Shown here: piece after piece, positions 44,572-55,019 of the stretch
Layout: each line of letters starts with the position of its first letter
Numbering within the stretch: the first letter of the stretch is position 1
NCBI GenBank assembly: GCA_020184695.1
Contig: JAANOX010000268.1
Coordinates: 1 to 64,000 of the forward strand
From: Histomonas meleagridis 2922-C6/04-290x
Taxonomy: Eukaryota > Protista > Parabasalia
Direction of reading: 5' to 3'
Length of the DNA stretch: 64,000 nucleotides
Notes under the pieces: model-generated
What the model was told of the DNA's origin: nothing
What the model saw: the letters and a program-made list of their open reading frames with translations, nothing else
Databases searched by the model: none
Program-made: the position numbers and the translations under genes

Positions 44572-46136
44572 TTAATAACTGCTACATTTATCTTTTTTAA
44601 TACCATTTTGTTTACAAAGTAATTGTACTATTTCTTTATTATGATTTTTATGCGCGATCTTAAGTGCCGTTTGAAATAATTTAGATAATTTCCAAATATT
44701 ATTTTGAAATTTTGAATTATTAAAACAAAATCTAAAGAAAACAAATAAATATTTTTTGCATTAATATCAATTCCTTCTTGTTCAAGAAGTAATTTAACTG
44801 TTTTTGTGTCACCATTACGAGATGCATTCATAAGTGCTGTTTTAAATAATTCATATAATTTCCAAATATTATTTTGAAATATCAAATTATTAAAATAATT
44901 TTCAACTAAAACGAATAAATATCTTTAGCATTAATATCAATTCCTTCTTGTTCAAGAAGTAATTTAACTATTTCTGTATTACCAATTGCAAAATGAATTG
45001 CTGTTCCAAATATTTAAAACTTATTTCAAATTATTAAAACAAACCCATTATTAAAACATATTTCAAATCCTTAAAATAAATAGAAAATGATTATAAGAAA
45101 TTTCAAAATATTAAAATAAATATCAAACTATTAAAATGAACACTAAATCATTAAAACAAATATAAAACTATTAAAACGAATTCCATTATATTAAAACAAA
45201 TTACAAATTTTTAAAATAGATCCAAAATCATAAAAATAAATATAAAATCATTATAAAGAACACTAAATTATCAAAACAAGCATAAAATTATTAAAATTAA
45301 TATATACTGTATTAACATCAATATCTTTTTGCTTTAACAATACTTTAACAAGGTATAAATTTCCTTTTCTTATTAACGTATAGCTAGTTTTATCATTATT
45401 AATTTCCAGATTTTCTTTTTTTAGATATAAAAAAATTTCATAATCATAATATGAAATACATTTTACTCCTAATTCTTTTATTTTTATTTCTTTACTTAAT
45501 TTTGAATTTTTTTCAAGTTTATTTTCGTAAATATATTTAAAGATATCATTTCGATGAAATATAATTCCAGTTTCTTAAGAATCTTTAAATGATGAATGAT
45601 TTTGTTCACATAAATGAATGATTTCTTCATTTCTGCCTGCAATTGCATATTTGCCTGTATCATTTTCATTAGCATTATTCATTAACAAATATTTAAAAAC
45701 ATTTATCAATTATTTGATTAAAATTAAAATCACTTTGTGATGATATTTCTTGAAGTTTTTCGACTTCATCATTTCGAATTATTTTAGCAATTTCATTCGG
45801 ATTATGTTCTTCTCTAATTAATTGCTTATGAAGTGCCCAATCATTATTTGAAAGTTTTTCATAGTTTTCCAAAAATGTTATTTCAAACTGATTGTTAAAA
45901 TATTTATTTATTTTTTTACTTTCATTTTCTGTTCTATAGTGTGCAAAAAATTTGGTGTTGTCATAAATTTTTGTAATGTTGATTAAATTTTGCTCAATCA
46001 TTTTCTCCATTAAATAATAGGACTCTTGTGATTTCTTTTTAGTAATATATTTAATAAAAATAGCAATAATATTGGGATAACTTTTGTTTAATTTTTCTTC
46101 TACTGCTTGAATTAATTTTAGGTACATTATGTACAC
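44572..46136 (-). pseudogene. Damaged DUF3447-type ankyrin gene, paralogous to 24006-25870, with the same inserts
   Basis: Same NDWALHKQLIREEHNPNEIAKIIRNDEVEKLQ motif; internal deletion and frameshift near 45700; 80-nt inserts at 44841-44920 and 44671-44750; terminal unit ends at TAA 44572. Confidence 0.7.
45005..45301 (-). repeat. About 300-nt degenerate AT-rich tandem repeat (about 16-nt unit, TGTTTTAATAATTTGA-like) at an ankyrin insert position
   Basis: Recurrent ttaaaacaaa/ttaaaata blocks on the + strand between DVNTV(Y) and TAIHFA. Confidence 0.6.
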
Positions 46137-46544
46137 ATCAAATTTTGTGATTTACATATCATTAAATCAAATTATAATTATTGCCAACATTTATTAATCA
46201 AATAAGAACTCTACTTGTTCTCTATTTATCAATTAATAATTTATATTTTAATCAGTCAATATGCCTCTAAACTAACAACTTTAATTAAATTTTGAAAACC
46301 GTTAAACCGCTGTCAAAACTCAATTCAAAAAGAATTTAAATGTCATCATAAAAATATATATAAAATATATAAAATTTTTATTATTTTTTATATTTTTAGT
46401 TTTGTTTCAGTAATCTATTTTATAGGTGAATACTTTTACACGATAAGAAAATGCTCAAAGAAAAAGTGGTTTTGGAGGTTTCACCATGTCGATTGAATTT
46501 GATTACTTTATTTTTTTGCCTATTTAAACAAAAAACTCAATAAA

Positions 46545-47705
46545 ATGATAAATGCAAATAAAATCCCACGTATTTTTGGACGACAAGTACTACAAGCAAT
46601 AATTGCTGCAAAGGTACATCATACTTTCCAAGAAGAATCAATTTATATGACACTTGGACATAATGAATGCGAAATTTTTAATCAAAGTTGGGAAAGATGT
46701 TATCACTGCTTCCCAATAGCCAACGGAAAAGCTGATTTAGATCAAGAAGGAATGGTTCATATAGTTTATACAGTAATCTTGAACGAAAAACCACAAAAAT
46801 CCGAATTTTACATCAAATATGATCGCCCCGAAATTATAATAAATGCATTCAATAGTGGTGAAGGCAAAAAAAAGAGTGATTCTGGTCAAATGTCTATAAT
46901 TGAACCTGCCGAAATTTTATCATTTGCATGTGACTTTCCACGAAACATTGCTCAAGATAAATTCCGACCATTCCTTGAATCACAGGCGCGTAAGCGTGTT
47001 ATGTTTCTTACATCATCTAATGAGATCAGTGAATCCTTAGTTTCCGCAATTGCCATTGAATTCAAAATGCGTTTTCCACAAATCGAACCTGAGAATTGGA
47101 CGGAGGCATTTGAAGTTCTATGGCTTGAGTTTGTAGCATTTGTTGTCTCATTATGGACACAATGTCTTAAGATCGCAATCGAGCCACACACAGGCCCAAA
47201 CTCATTTGAGTATTTCCGTCGACTTACTGCATCAATTTCAGGAATGATCGCTAAAGGCGCTGATGTATTTCAAGTTGATCGAAGAAATTTTCTTCTTGCA
47301 GCTCGAAAATTTTTAGATTCCGGCGATTTCTCAGAACTTCCAACAGCATCACGTTCACTTGTAGCTGATGTAGAGTTAGCACTTGGTAATGTTCGTAAGA
47401 GATGGTTACTTCAATTAACTGATTTATTTGGATTTGTACAATTATTTAGTGCAGCTATAACCATAGGGCAAGCAGTTACTAGTAAGTCAGCTGAAGCTAA
47501 GAACCTTTCAGATATGCTTTCTTCTTGGACTAAATCATTAGTCGACACAATGACAAGAGGTCCAAGAATGAATGATTTTAGAAATGGTGTCGAAAAGCTT
47601 GCAGTAGCAGTTTTAAAGGAAAATGATGCTAAAAGATACAGTCCTGATTTCCATTGCGTGTTAGCATTATGGAAACTTTCAGAACTTGTTAAGGCATCAG
47701 ATTAA
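46545..47705 (+). CDS. Hypothetical protein (386 aa)
   Basis: Long ATG-initiated ORF with coding-like composition; no recognised motif. Confidence 0.8.
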   Translation: MINANKIPRIFGRQVLQAIIAAKVHHTFQEESIYMTLGHNECEIFNQSWERCYHCFPIANGKADLDQEGMVHIVYTVILNEKPQKSEFYIKYDRPEIIINAFNSGEGKKKSDSGQMSIIEPAEILSFACDFPRNIAQDKFRPFLESQARKRVMFLTSSNEISESLVSAIAIEFKMRFPQIEPENWTEAFEVLWLEFVAFVVSLWTQCLKIAIEPHTGPNSFEYFRRLTASISGMIAKGADVFQVDRRNFLLAARKFLDSGDFSELPTASRSLVADVELALGNVRKRWLLQLTDLFGFVQLFSAAITIGQAVTSKSAEAKNLSDMLSSWTKSLVDTMTRGPRMNDFRNGVEKLAVAVLKENDAKRYSPDFHCVLALWKLSELVKASD

Positions 47706-48207
47706 AACCGTTGATTGATGGGGAGTTAAATAACGCTCAGAATTCTCTATCGTATCATTCACAAAACAGAAATCACTTGTGACGCAAACAAAAGCCATGA
47801 TGTTGTGTAATTACATAAAAAGTGCCGAACTTTGTTCAAAAATTACTTTTTGTTTCTTTTAAAAGGAAAGTCAAAAAAGAATTTTGTGCAAATCGTATCA
47901 AGTTTCCAAAAAATATAATAATGATTACTTCATTCCAAAATTTATTTTTTAAGCATTGTTTTTACATTGCAAAAAAAATTTTAAATTAAATCACAAACTC
48001 AATATATATAATAAATACAAGCTTTATAAATACACAGATGATTAAGCAAATAAGAGTTGTTATTGCTAAATATTTCTTGAAAGCGAAATTTAGGAGGCAG
48101 AAAGAAGACGTTTAATTTTCAATACGTCAGCTTTGCATTGAAAACTGGTGGCTGAATGGTTTGAATGAACAATAGGCATAAACCATTCATTTTTTGCAGA
48201 AATCGTT

Positions 48208-51090
48208 TTGCATTACGACTGCACACCTCCTCAACAAACAATCGAAAAGATTTCTCCAAATCGTAATACGTGCATTCCATTATTTAAGGTTTTACATGAT
48301 GTTTTAAAACAAAGTGAGAAATTATTTTTATTATTATTAAATAAAGAAGAAAAGGTTCGAACAAAACGGTACTCTTTTATGAAAATATTATACGAAGCAA
48401 AGATAACATTTTCACATTTTCTTGCATTGTATAGGTTTGAAAATTCAAACATTGCATTACTTAATTCTCTTGTTCAAAAAGAAAACCAAATGTATATGCA
48501 GCCGAGAAAGGTAATGTTGAATTTTATTGTTTTACCAAATTTACATGAAATTTTTCCAACTCAATTTCGAAATGTTTTTCCAATAATTCCAAAGACTCAA
48601 ACTTTTACAACGACGAATGCTCATCAAAATTATAATTTATTTCAAAGCATTAATCAATCCACCATTAAAATTGCGTATCAAACAAAACAATCTATTCGTA
48701 TTCATTTCCAACATGATATTTTTATAGTCTTTAAAATAAGCAAATATAAATCACCCAAAATAATGTCTGTTAAAGTACCATGGCCATCCTCCTTAATCAA
48801 ACAGTTTCCAATTAATTATCTCAAATCATTATATAAAATGAACCTAACCATAAATGAATATTATTTCTATCTTTTAAAACTTATGTTACATGGGCAATTT
48901 TTAGACATATATCAATACTTAATCAATAGTCAAAAGTACAAAGATTTTGACATCAAGCAAGTAAACTCCTCAATTCTCTTACATCATGAAATGACGATGA
49001 ACAAATTCATTATAAAGAAGACACATAGTAAATTAATACTTTCATCACTTCAAATGATGTGTCCACCTGGCTCAAACTATGAAATCTTATTATCATATGA
49101 AATCACCAATGATTTTATTCAACTTGATAAAATCATTGAAATCATTAAGAACTCTATATATGACACACGTTTTAATCGCTTTTTAAAATCTCTTCATGAG
49201 ACATTATCAATATCATCCAACAAGAACTTTGATATTTATATATATAATCGCTATATTAAGATATTTCGTTATGGATTTCCCTTTTTTGAATTTACATTAA
49301 CCAATGATTGTACCATAAAACTATATCAAAACTCGCATTTAAAAACAAATTCCTATGAATTAATATCACAAATCGAAGGAAGTTATAAAGACAAAACTAA
49401 AGCATTTGAAACGATGTTATTTATATCATATGCATGTACATTCTTTGGTATTACATTAAAATCAACAGCAGTCACCAGTAAGAATGCATATATTCGATTT
49501 TCATATGCCAGAGATTATTATGTTAAAATCAAATTAACTCCAATTAATAATTACATTTGTATTTATTCAGACAAAACTAACAAATGTTATGAGAAGTATC
49601 ATATCTTAAATGAAAAAATTAGAGTTGATGAATTATCCGGAATCATTCGAATGACATTAGTTAAGTTACAAATCTCGAAGAAATTAGGCTTTGAAGAGAC
49701 AACAAGTTTAATTAACACCAACAAAATCTTTTTATCATCTACGACATTCCGTAACATTGAATTAAAAATCGAAAATAATATGTGTTGGCATTTATGTATG
49801 AACAATCCATTATTTGGACAAGTTCGATATTCCATATATGGGAATCGATTTTCATGTCGTTTCATTAATTATATCTCAGAACTTGTCACTAAACTTTGTA
49901 TTTTTCATCAAATTAAACGCCAAGCATCAAATGTATTAACAATGAACACCTTATTAAAGTTTGAGAATTATGATTATATGAATTTTTGTATCAAAGTTAC
50001 ACATAACTTATGTTCAGACATATATATATCATTTGAAGAAATCTCTAAGATAACATTAGGAATCGAAAGTTATAATTGTAATATGTATCATTTTCCTGAA
50101 ATCAGTTTTAAACTTGCACCATATATCCAATTGAAATATCATTTTAGTGAAGAAGTACCAAGTAATCCAATGTTTTCATTTGCCGGCTTTTTAAACATGA
50201 ATTTCTTACCATTAAATATCTTAAACAACACCTTCTTAAATGATGAGCATAGTAATGATTGGTCAATAATATCATTAAAAGATGACGGCTCATTTTATAT
50301 TGTATATCAAAACAAATATACAGTTAATGTAATGTTACGACCTTCGCAAGTCTTCCAATTAATTATTCCATCAATTAACAATAGTGTACAACTTAAAATC
50401 CCTATAAAACAATTCCCAGAATCATGTTGCATTAAACGCGTAAGTCATTTAACAGTAATGTTACATATGTCACAGATTAAATTACTTAGAGATTACGTCG
50501 AAAAGTTCTTCGCATTAAAAGACGCAATGTTTAAAGCAGGATTCAGGAAATTCTTCTTCGCTGATAATGGATACGAAATGATCGCAACGTTCCCAAGCGA
50601 GCTAAAGTTCCACGAAGTATGGTGTTGCATCGGGCCGAACGCGATACGATTCTCTTCAGCTGATAATGAGAATCAAAGACTATCAACGTTGGGGACATTG
50701 ATTAAGTACTTCTTGAATTATAACTTCGGTGACGTCGAAACGTTACAATACGTTGTACAGTTTGTCATTAATTTGTTGTACTTCGATAATAGATACATAA
50801 GACTAATAATGGACTTGATGAAGAAGCTGTTGGATAAAACAGATGAGTTGGGAATCGATTGGAAACTGTCGATGAACCAATCGGCAGTGCTCAAGAACGA
50901 AATGAAGGTGATACTGGTGATGGCACTCCAGACAAAAAACTTCACGATAGAATACACAAGAAAGTATAACGATACATTCGAAATAATTTACGTGGACGGA
51001 GATAAGGACCAGGTAAAGATGCGGTCGTCAAAGGAACTGTTCAGAATCATCGATAACTTGAAACTGGAATCGGATTCTGACTCGGACTAG
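48208..51090 (+). CDS. Hypothetical 960-aa protein, N-terminus weakly Med14-like; start uncertain
   Basis: 2.9-kb open frame; IPLFKVLHDVLKQSEKLF...KRYSFMKILYEAKITFSHFLALYRF resembles the Med14/Rgr1 N-terminal helices; no in-frame ATG at the 5' end. Confidence 0.7.
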   Translation: MHYDCTPPQQTIEKISPNRNTCIPLFKVLHDVLKQSEKLFLLLLNKEEKVRTKRYSFMKILYEAKITFSHFLALYRFENSNIALLNSLVQKENQMYMQPRKVMLNFIVLPNLHEIFPTQFRNVFPIIPKTQTFTTTNAHQNYNLFQSINQSTIKIAYQTKQSIRIHFQHDIFIVFKISKYKSPKIMSVKVPWPSSLIKQFPINYLKSLYKMNLTINEYYFYLLKLMLHGQFLDIYQYLINSQKYKDFDIKQVNSSILLHHEMTMNKFIIKKTHSKLILSSLQMMCPPGSNYEILLSYEITNDFIQLDKIIEIIKNSIYDTRFNRFLKSLHETLSISSNKNFDIYIYNRYIKIFRYGFPFFEFTLTNDCTIKLYQNSHLKTNSYELISQIEGSYKDKTKAFETMLFISYACTFFGITLKSTAVTSKNAYIRFSYARDYYVKIKLTPINNYICIYSDKTNKCYEKYHILNEKIRVDELSGIIRMTLVKLQISKKLGFEETTSLINTNKIFLSSTTFRNIELKIENNMCWHLCMNNPLFGQVRYSIYGNRFSCRFINYISELVTKLCIFHQIKRQASNVLTMNTLLKFENYDYMNFCIKVTHNLCSDIYISFEEISKITLGIESYNCNMYHFPEISFKLAPYIQLKYHFSEEVPSNPMFSFAGFLNMNFLPLNILNNTFLNDEHSNDWSIISLKDDGSFYIVYQNKYTVNVMLRPSQVFQLIIPSINNSVQLKIPIKQFPESCCIKRVSHLTVMLHMSQIKLLRDYVEKFFALKDAMFKAGFRKFFFADNGYEMIATFPSELKFHEVWCCIGPNAIRFSSADNENQRLSTLGTLIKYFLNYNFGDVETLQYVVQFVINLLYFDNRYIRLIMDLMKKLLDKTDELGIDWKLSMNQSAVLKNEMKVILVMALQTKNFTIEYTRKYNDTFEIIYVDGDKDQVKMRSSKELFRIIDNLKLESDSDSD

Positions 51091-51126
51091 TCAATAAATG
51101 TATGAGATAAAGAAACGGTTTTGTAA

Positions 51127-51745
51127 TGTAAGTGAATAATTATAAAGTAATTAATGAAAGTGAATAATTATAAAATAATTAATGTAAGTGAATAATTATA
51201 AAATAATTAATGTAAGTGAATAATTATAAAGTAATTAATGAAAGTGAATAATTATAAAATAATTAATGTAAGTGAATAATTATAAAGTAATTAATGTAAG
51301 TGAATAATTATAAAGTAATTAATGAAAGTGAATAATTATAAAATAATTAATGTAAGTGAATAATTATAAAGTAATTAATGTAAGTGAATAATTATAAAGT
51401 AATTAATGAAAGTGAATAATTATAAAGTAATTAATGAAAGTGAATAATTATAAAATAATTAATGTAAGTGAATAATTATAAAGTAATTAATGTAAGTGAA
51501 TAATTATAAAGTAATTAATGAAAGTGAATAATTATAAAATAATTAATGTAAGTGAATAATTATAAAGTAATTAATGTAAGTGAATAATTATAAAGTAATT
51601 AATGTAAGTGAATAATTATAAAGTAATTAATGTAAGTGAATAATTATAAAATAATTAATGTAAGTGAATAATTATAAAGTAATTAATGTAAGTGAATAAT
51701 TATAAAGTAATTAATGTAAGTGAATAATTATAAAGTAATTTATGT
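51127..51745. repeat. Minisatellite, 22 copies of 28 bp TG(T/A)AAGTGAATAATTATAAA(G/A)TAATTAA
   Basis: Period measured from AGTG at 51131 and 51159; only two variable positions. Confidence 0.97.
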
Positions 51746-52004
51746 ATAAAGTAAGACTTTTAACATTTGATCAAACGTGTCATAAAATTTATTTTCATTG
51801 TTCATTGTATTTCAATAATTTTTTCCATGGAATTCTTATTTAAAAAATGTTAAAATTTTTTAGAGATATTTATGTAATGAGTTTTTTGGTTTTCCTTAAT
51901 ATCATTTGATTCACGCATAAGAAAAACATAATGTGATGGATAAACTTATGAAAAACAGTTAAAAATAAGATGAGGTATTGTTTATTAGAGTGAAAGTGAA
52001 ATTC

Positions 52005-52105
52005 CTATGTGTTAGATTTGGAGGTGATCCTCAAATCAGATAAGCAAATCACCAGTTGTCAGATAGGTGGTGCATCAGATATCATCATTGAGGTAACGTA
52101 CATAC
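52005..52105 (-). other. 101-nt spliceosomal intron 2 of the non-coding snoRNA host
   Basis: GTATGT at 52105-52100; TCTAACACATAG at 52016-52005. Confidence 0.85.
52029..52093 (-). ncRNA. Box C/D snoRNA, copy B (intronic)
   Basis: CCTCA-ATGATGA(C)-tatctgatgcaccacctat-CTGA(D')-caactg-GTGATT(C')-tgcttat-CTGA(D)-t-TTGAGG; 6-bp terminal stem CCTCAA/TTGAGG. Confidence 0.82.
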
Positions 52106-52158
52106 TTAAATGATTTTCTTTTAAGTCAAATTATTAATAATAAAGAGATAGAAAAACC

Positions 52159-52254
52159 CTATGTGTTAGATTTTAGTCAAATACAGCTCAGATAAGCAAA
52201 TCACCAGGAATCAGATAGGTGGTGCATCAGATATCTTCACTGCAATGAACATAC
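52159..52254 (-). other. 96-nt spliceosomal intron 1 of the non-coding snoRNA host
   Basis: GTATGT at 52254-52249; TCTAACACATAG at 52170-52159. Confidence 0.85.
52182..52244 (-). ncRNA. Box C/D snoRNA, copy A (intronic)
   Basis: TGCA-GTGAAGA(variant C)-tatctgatgcaccacctat-CTGA-ttcctg-GTGATT-tgcttat-CTGA-g-CTGTA; terminal stem TGCAG/CTGTA differs in sequence from copy B but still pairs. Confidence 0.75.
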
Positions 52255-52262
52255 TTTAAATA

Positions 52263-52268
52263 AAGTGA
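52263..52268 (-). promoter_or_regulatory. Candidate initiator (Inr TCACTT) for the snoRNA host transcript
   Basis: TCACTT ends 8 nt upstream of the intron 1 donor; matches the trichomonad Inr TCAYTW. Confidence 0.45.
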
Positions 52269-52384
52269 CTTATTTAAAAATGGTCCAACATTGAATACTT
52301 TATCAGAATTTTATAACGCTTAACGTACGATTTTTATTGTGTGGTTTACTTATCAGAAAAAAATACGTTGTAAATCATTCCCAA

Positions 52385-53248
52385 ATGTATCGAAATCAGC
52401 CAGAATTCAATCGTATATGTGTAAAAGCATCGAGAGACAGAGCTTATAAAAGACACATTGAAGCTTTGAAAAAAATTCAGGCAAGTAAGCCATCTACTCC
52501 TCAACATCATCGAAATTATGAAACTCAAAAACTTCATAGTACAAATTTTAACAAAGACAAACAAATTCGTAGTAGTACAGATAATATGCGGAAAACGAAT
52601 AGCTCCCGAAATATCCAAAGACCATATACCCTTCATTCAGCTCATGCACAAAAAGAGGAAATGGACAGAATTTCACGGGAGAACCACAAGCTGTTTGTTG
52701 CTGTCCAAGAAGCAAAACCAGTATTAAGCAGAAATGATTGGTACCTTCATCAAATTGATCACATATATCAAACATCAAAAATGTCAGAATTCAAGAAAAC
52801 AATACCAATAAGCGAAGTTAGGTCTTCTTTAATGAAATCACGTCCTCATACTACATATCATATAAATCGAAATTCACTTCCTCCACTAAATTCCAATCGA
52901 AGCAGTCATAAACAACATAAACCAAGTGAAGAAAAAGAAGAAAGTCATACCAACAGTCCAACAAACAAAACTGAAAATGAAAATGAAAATCCTCCAAAAC
53001 TTTCTGTAAAAATAGAAGTAAACGAAAAAGAAAGTTCTGATAGTTCACATCATACAGAAGAAGAAGAAGAAACAAAAGAAGAAGAAAAAGAAACAAAAGA
53101 AGAAGAAAACCTTGAAAAAATAACAGAACCAATAATTGAAAAAGAAGAAGAACAAAAACCTGTTCAAGTAACTGAGGACAAACCAAATAATGAAGAAAAA
53201 GAGGAAGATCAGGAAGCTAATAAGAAGTCAGGTTGTTTCATCTCATGA
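52385..53248 (+). CDS. CFAP97/KIAA1430-like protein with acidic tail
   Basis: EEMDRISRENHKLFVAVQEAKPVLSRNDW motif; Inr TCATT before ATG 52385. Confidence 0.6.
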   Translation: MYRNQPEFNRICVKASRDRAYKRHIEALKKIQASKPSTPQHHRNYETQKLHSTNFNKDKQIRSSTDNMRKTNSSRNIQRPYTLHSAHAQKEEMDRISRENHKLFVAVQEAKPVLSRNDWYLHQIDHIYQTSKMSEFKKTIPISEVRSSLMKSRPHTTYHINRNSLPPLNSNRSSHKQHKPSEEKEESHTNSPTNKTENENENPPKLSVKIEVNEKESSDSSHHTEEEEETKEEEKETKEEENLEKITEPIIEKEEEQKPVQVTEDKPNNEEKEEDQEANKKSGCFIS

Positions 53249-53527
53249 AATATTTGTTTTAATGCTTAATAATAAAATGTTGATTTTTTTCATGTTAATA
53301 TAATAACTTGCGAGTTTGTGAATAAAAAATTGTTCTCTTAATTTGGTTGATACATAATATAAACATCAGTAAATGTTAACATTATCATGATTTGTTTTCA
53401 TATTAAAAGGTACTCTGACATTCCTGATGTCAACTAATCTTACTTCCTTTATTGCCTCTCTGTAAATGCTTTTGAAATTTGAGTTTTTTATTTGACTTTC
53501 ATTTGAACTATAAACGTTCCTTAAAAA

Positions 53528-54778
53528 ATGGAAATCAGCTTTCCGCAAAAATATCTTTCTCTAAATCCTGGTGAACTCGATCTTGATTTTATATTCTATC
53601 TTGGTGATGATGCATCATATTGTAATAAATCTATGGCATTATTACTTTCTTCAAGATTACAGATCGAATCTATTTCCAACATTTTAATATCTTCTTTTAA
53701 TATTCCGATAATAGAAGGAATAGAAGGAGATATAACAAAACTTACAGATTTCATTTGTGGACAAACTTTAGTTCTCGAAAAAGATGAATTTCCATTTTTT
53801 TATTATATTGCATCTTATTTAGGAATTAATGCTATACTTAGCGCATTTCAAAACGAGTCAGTTAAATTCGATCTTGATTTTTCTTTAAAATATGGTCAAC
53901 AATTTTTTGATTTTGGTGCTGATATGTTACCATTTATTTCGGCATTTGCTGAAGCATTCCCTTCTATACTTTCAAATATAGAGTTTCAACGACTAAGCCT
54001 TCCAATCATCGATTTGACATTTCAAAAAGTTATCCCAATTCCATATAGTGAAGAAATTACTTCATTTATACTTAACCATGGTGGTAAACTTATTAGGTTT
54101 CTTGATTTCAAGCAAATTCCAAAAGATAAGATCATTGAAATAATTCTCAATAAGTCTAACAATTTATCATATTTGAAATCCAACATTATCTCACTTCTAG
54201 AAAAGGATAAGTTTTTAAATGTACCGCCAACTAAAATATTTAGTTTAAGAGGACCTAATGATTTCAATGGAATCATCAAATTCATCTCAACAAAAACACA
54301 AGGAACTCCCATAGAGAAAGGAGCGCTTTCCATAGAGGCAGGACTTGCCATCGCTGAGCAATTTACGTTCCAAAACGTTATTGAAAAATTTGATAGCGAT
54401 AATTCTTTTCGAACTTCTCATCCCGAATCTTTGAACTTCACCATTGACTTTTTGATGCCGTGTGTTCGCGTTGATGGATATTCATTACGTTCTGGCATTC
54501 TTGAAGACGATTTTAATTTTCCTGAGTCATGGGTAATTGAAGGCTCAAATGACAAGGAAAACTGGGAACTAATTGACGTTAAAAAGGAAATAAAAGCTAG
54601 CGAAACGGAAAATGGAGGAAAAACTGTTTCATTTATAATTAACGAAAGAAAAAACGTTTTCCAATATATAAGATTTAGAACTCTTGATGAGGATGAAAAT
54701 AAGAAAATGTGTCTTGAATGTTTTGAAATATTCGGAGAGCTTTATGAGCAAAAGATTGCTTCTTTGCCTACACAATAA
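53528..54778 (+). CDS. BTB-like + F5/8 type C (discoidin) domain protein
   Basis: C-terminal IDF...VRVDGYSLRS...FPESWVIEGSNDKENWELID...FQYIRF...EIFGEL. Confidence 0.85.
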   Translation: MEISFPQKYLSLNPGELDLDFIFYLGDDASYCNKSMALLLSSRLQIESISNILISSFNIPIIEGIEGDITKLTDFICGQTLVLEKDEFPFFYYIASYLGINAILSAFQNESVKFDLDFSLKYGQQFFDFGADMLPFISAFAEAFPSILSNIEFQRLSLPIIDLTFQKVIPIPYSEEITSFILNHGGKLIRFLDFKQIPKDKIIEIILNKSNNLSYLKSNIISLLEKDKFLNVPPTKIFSLRGPNDFNGIIKFISTKTQGTPIEKGALSIEAGLAIAEQFTFQNVIEKFDSDNSFRTSHPESLNFTIDFLMPCVRVDGYSLRSGILEDDFNFPESWVIEGSNDKENWELIDVKKEIKASETENGGKTVSFIINERKNVFQYIRFRTLDEDENKKMCLECFEIFGELYEQKIASLPTQ

Positions 54779-55019
54779 ACATTTTGAACGATACGTTTTT
54801 TGAATGGTTTTTGATGCGAAATGTTCAGAACTATCTATCGTTTATTTCACAAAAATAAAAAGAAAATCTGATATAAATATGAAAGTAAAAACAAGTTTAT
54901 AAAGCGAATAATACATATGCACATTTGACTTGATTGATTAAGTAAGCTGTCGCAGTAAAAATTGGAAGCAATGGTTATAAAAAGTGACGCTGGGTGAATG
55001 GGGTGTCCCAAGAGATTTT

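Noticed and set aside
51127-51745. CRISPR array
   Set aside because: Units are head-to-tail with no unique spacers, in a eukaryotic context with no cas genes.
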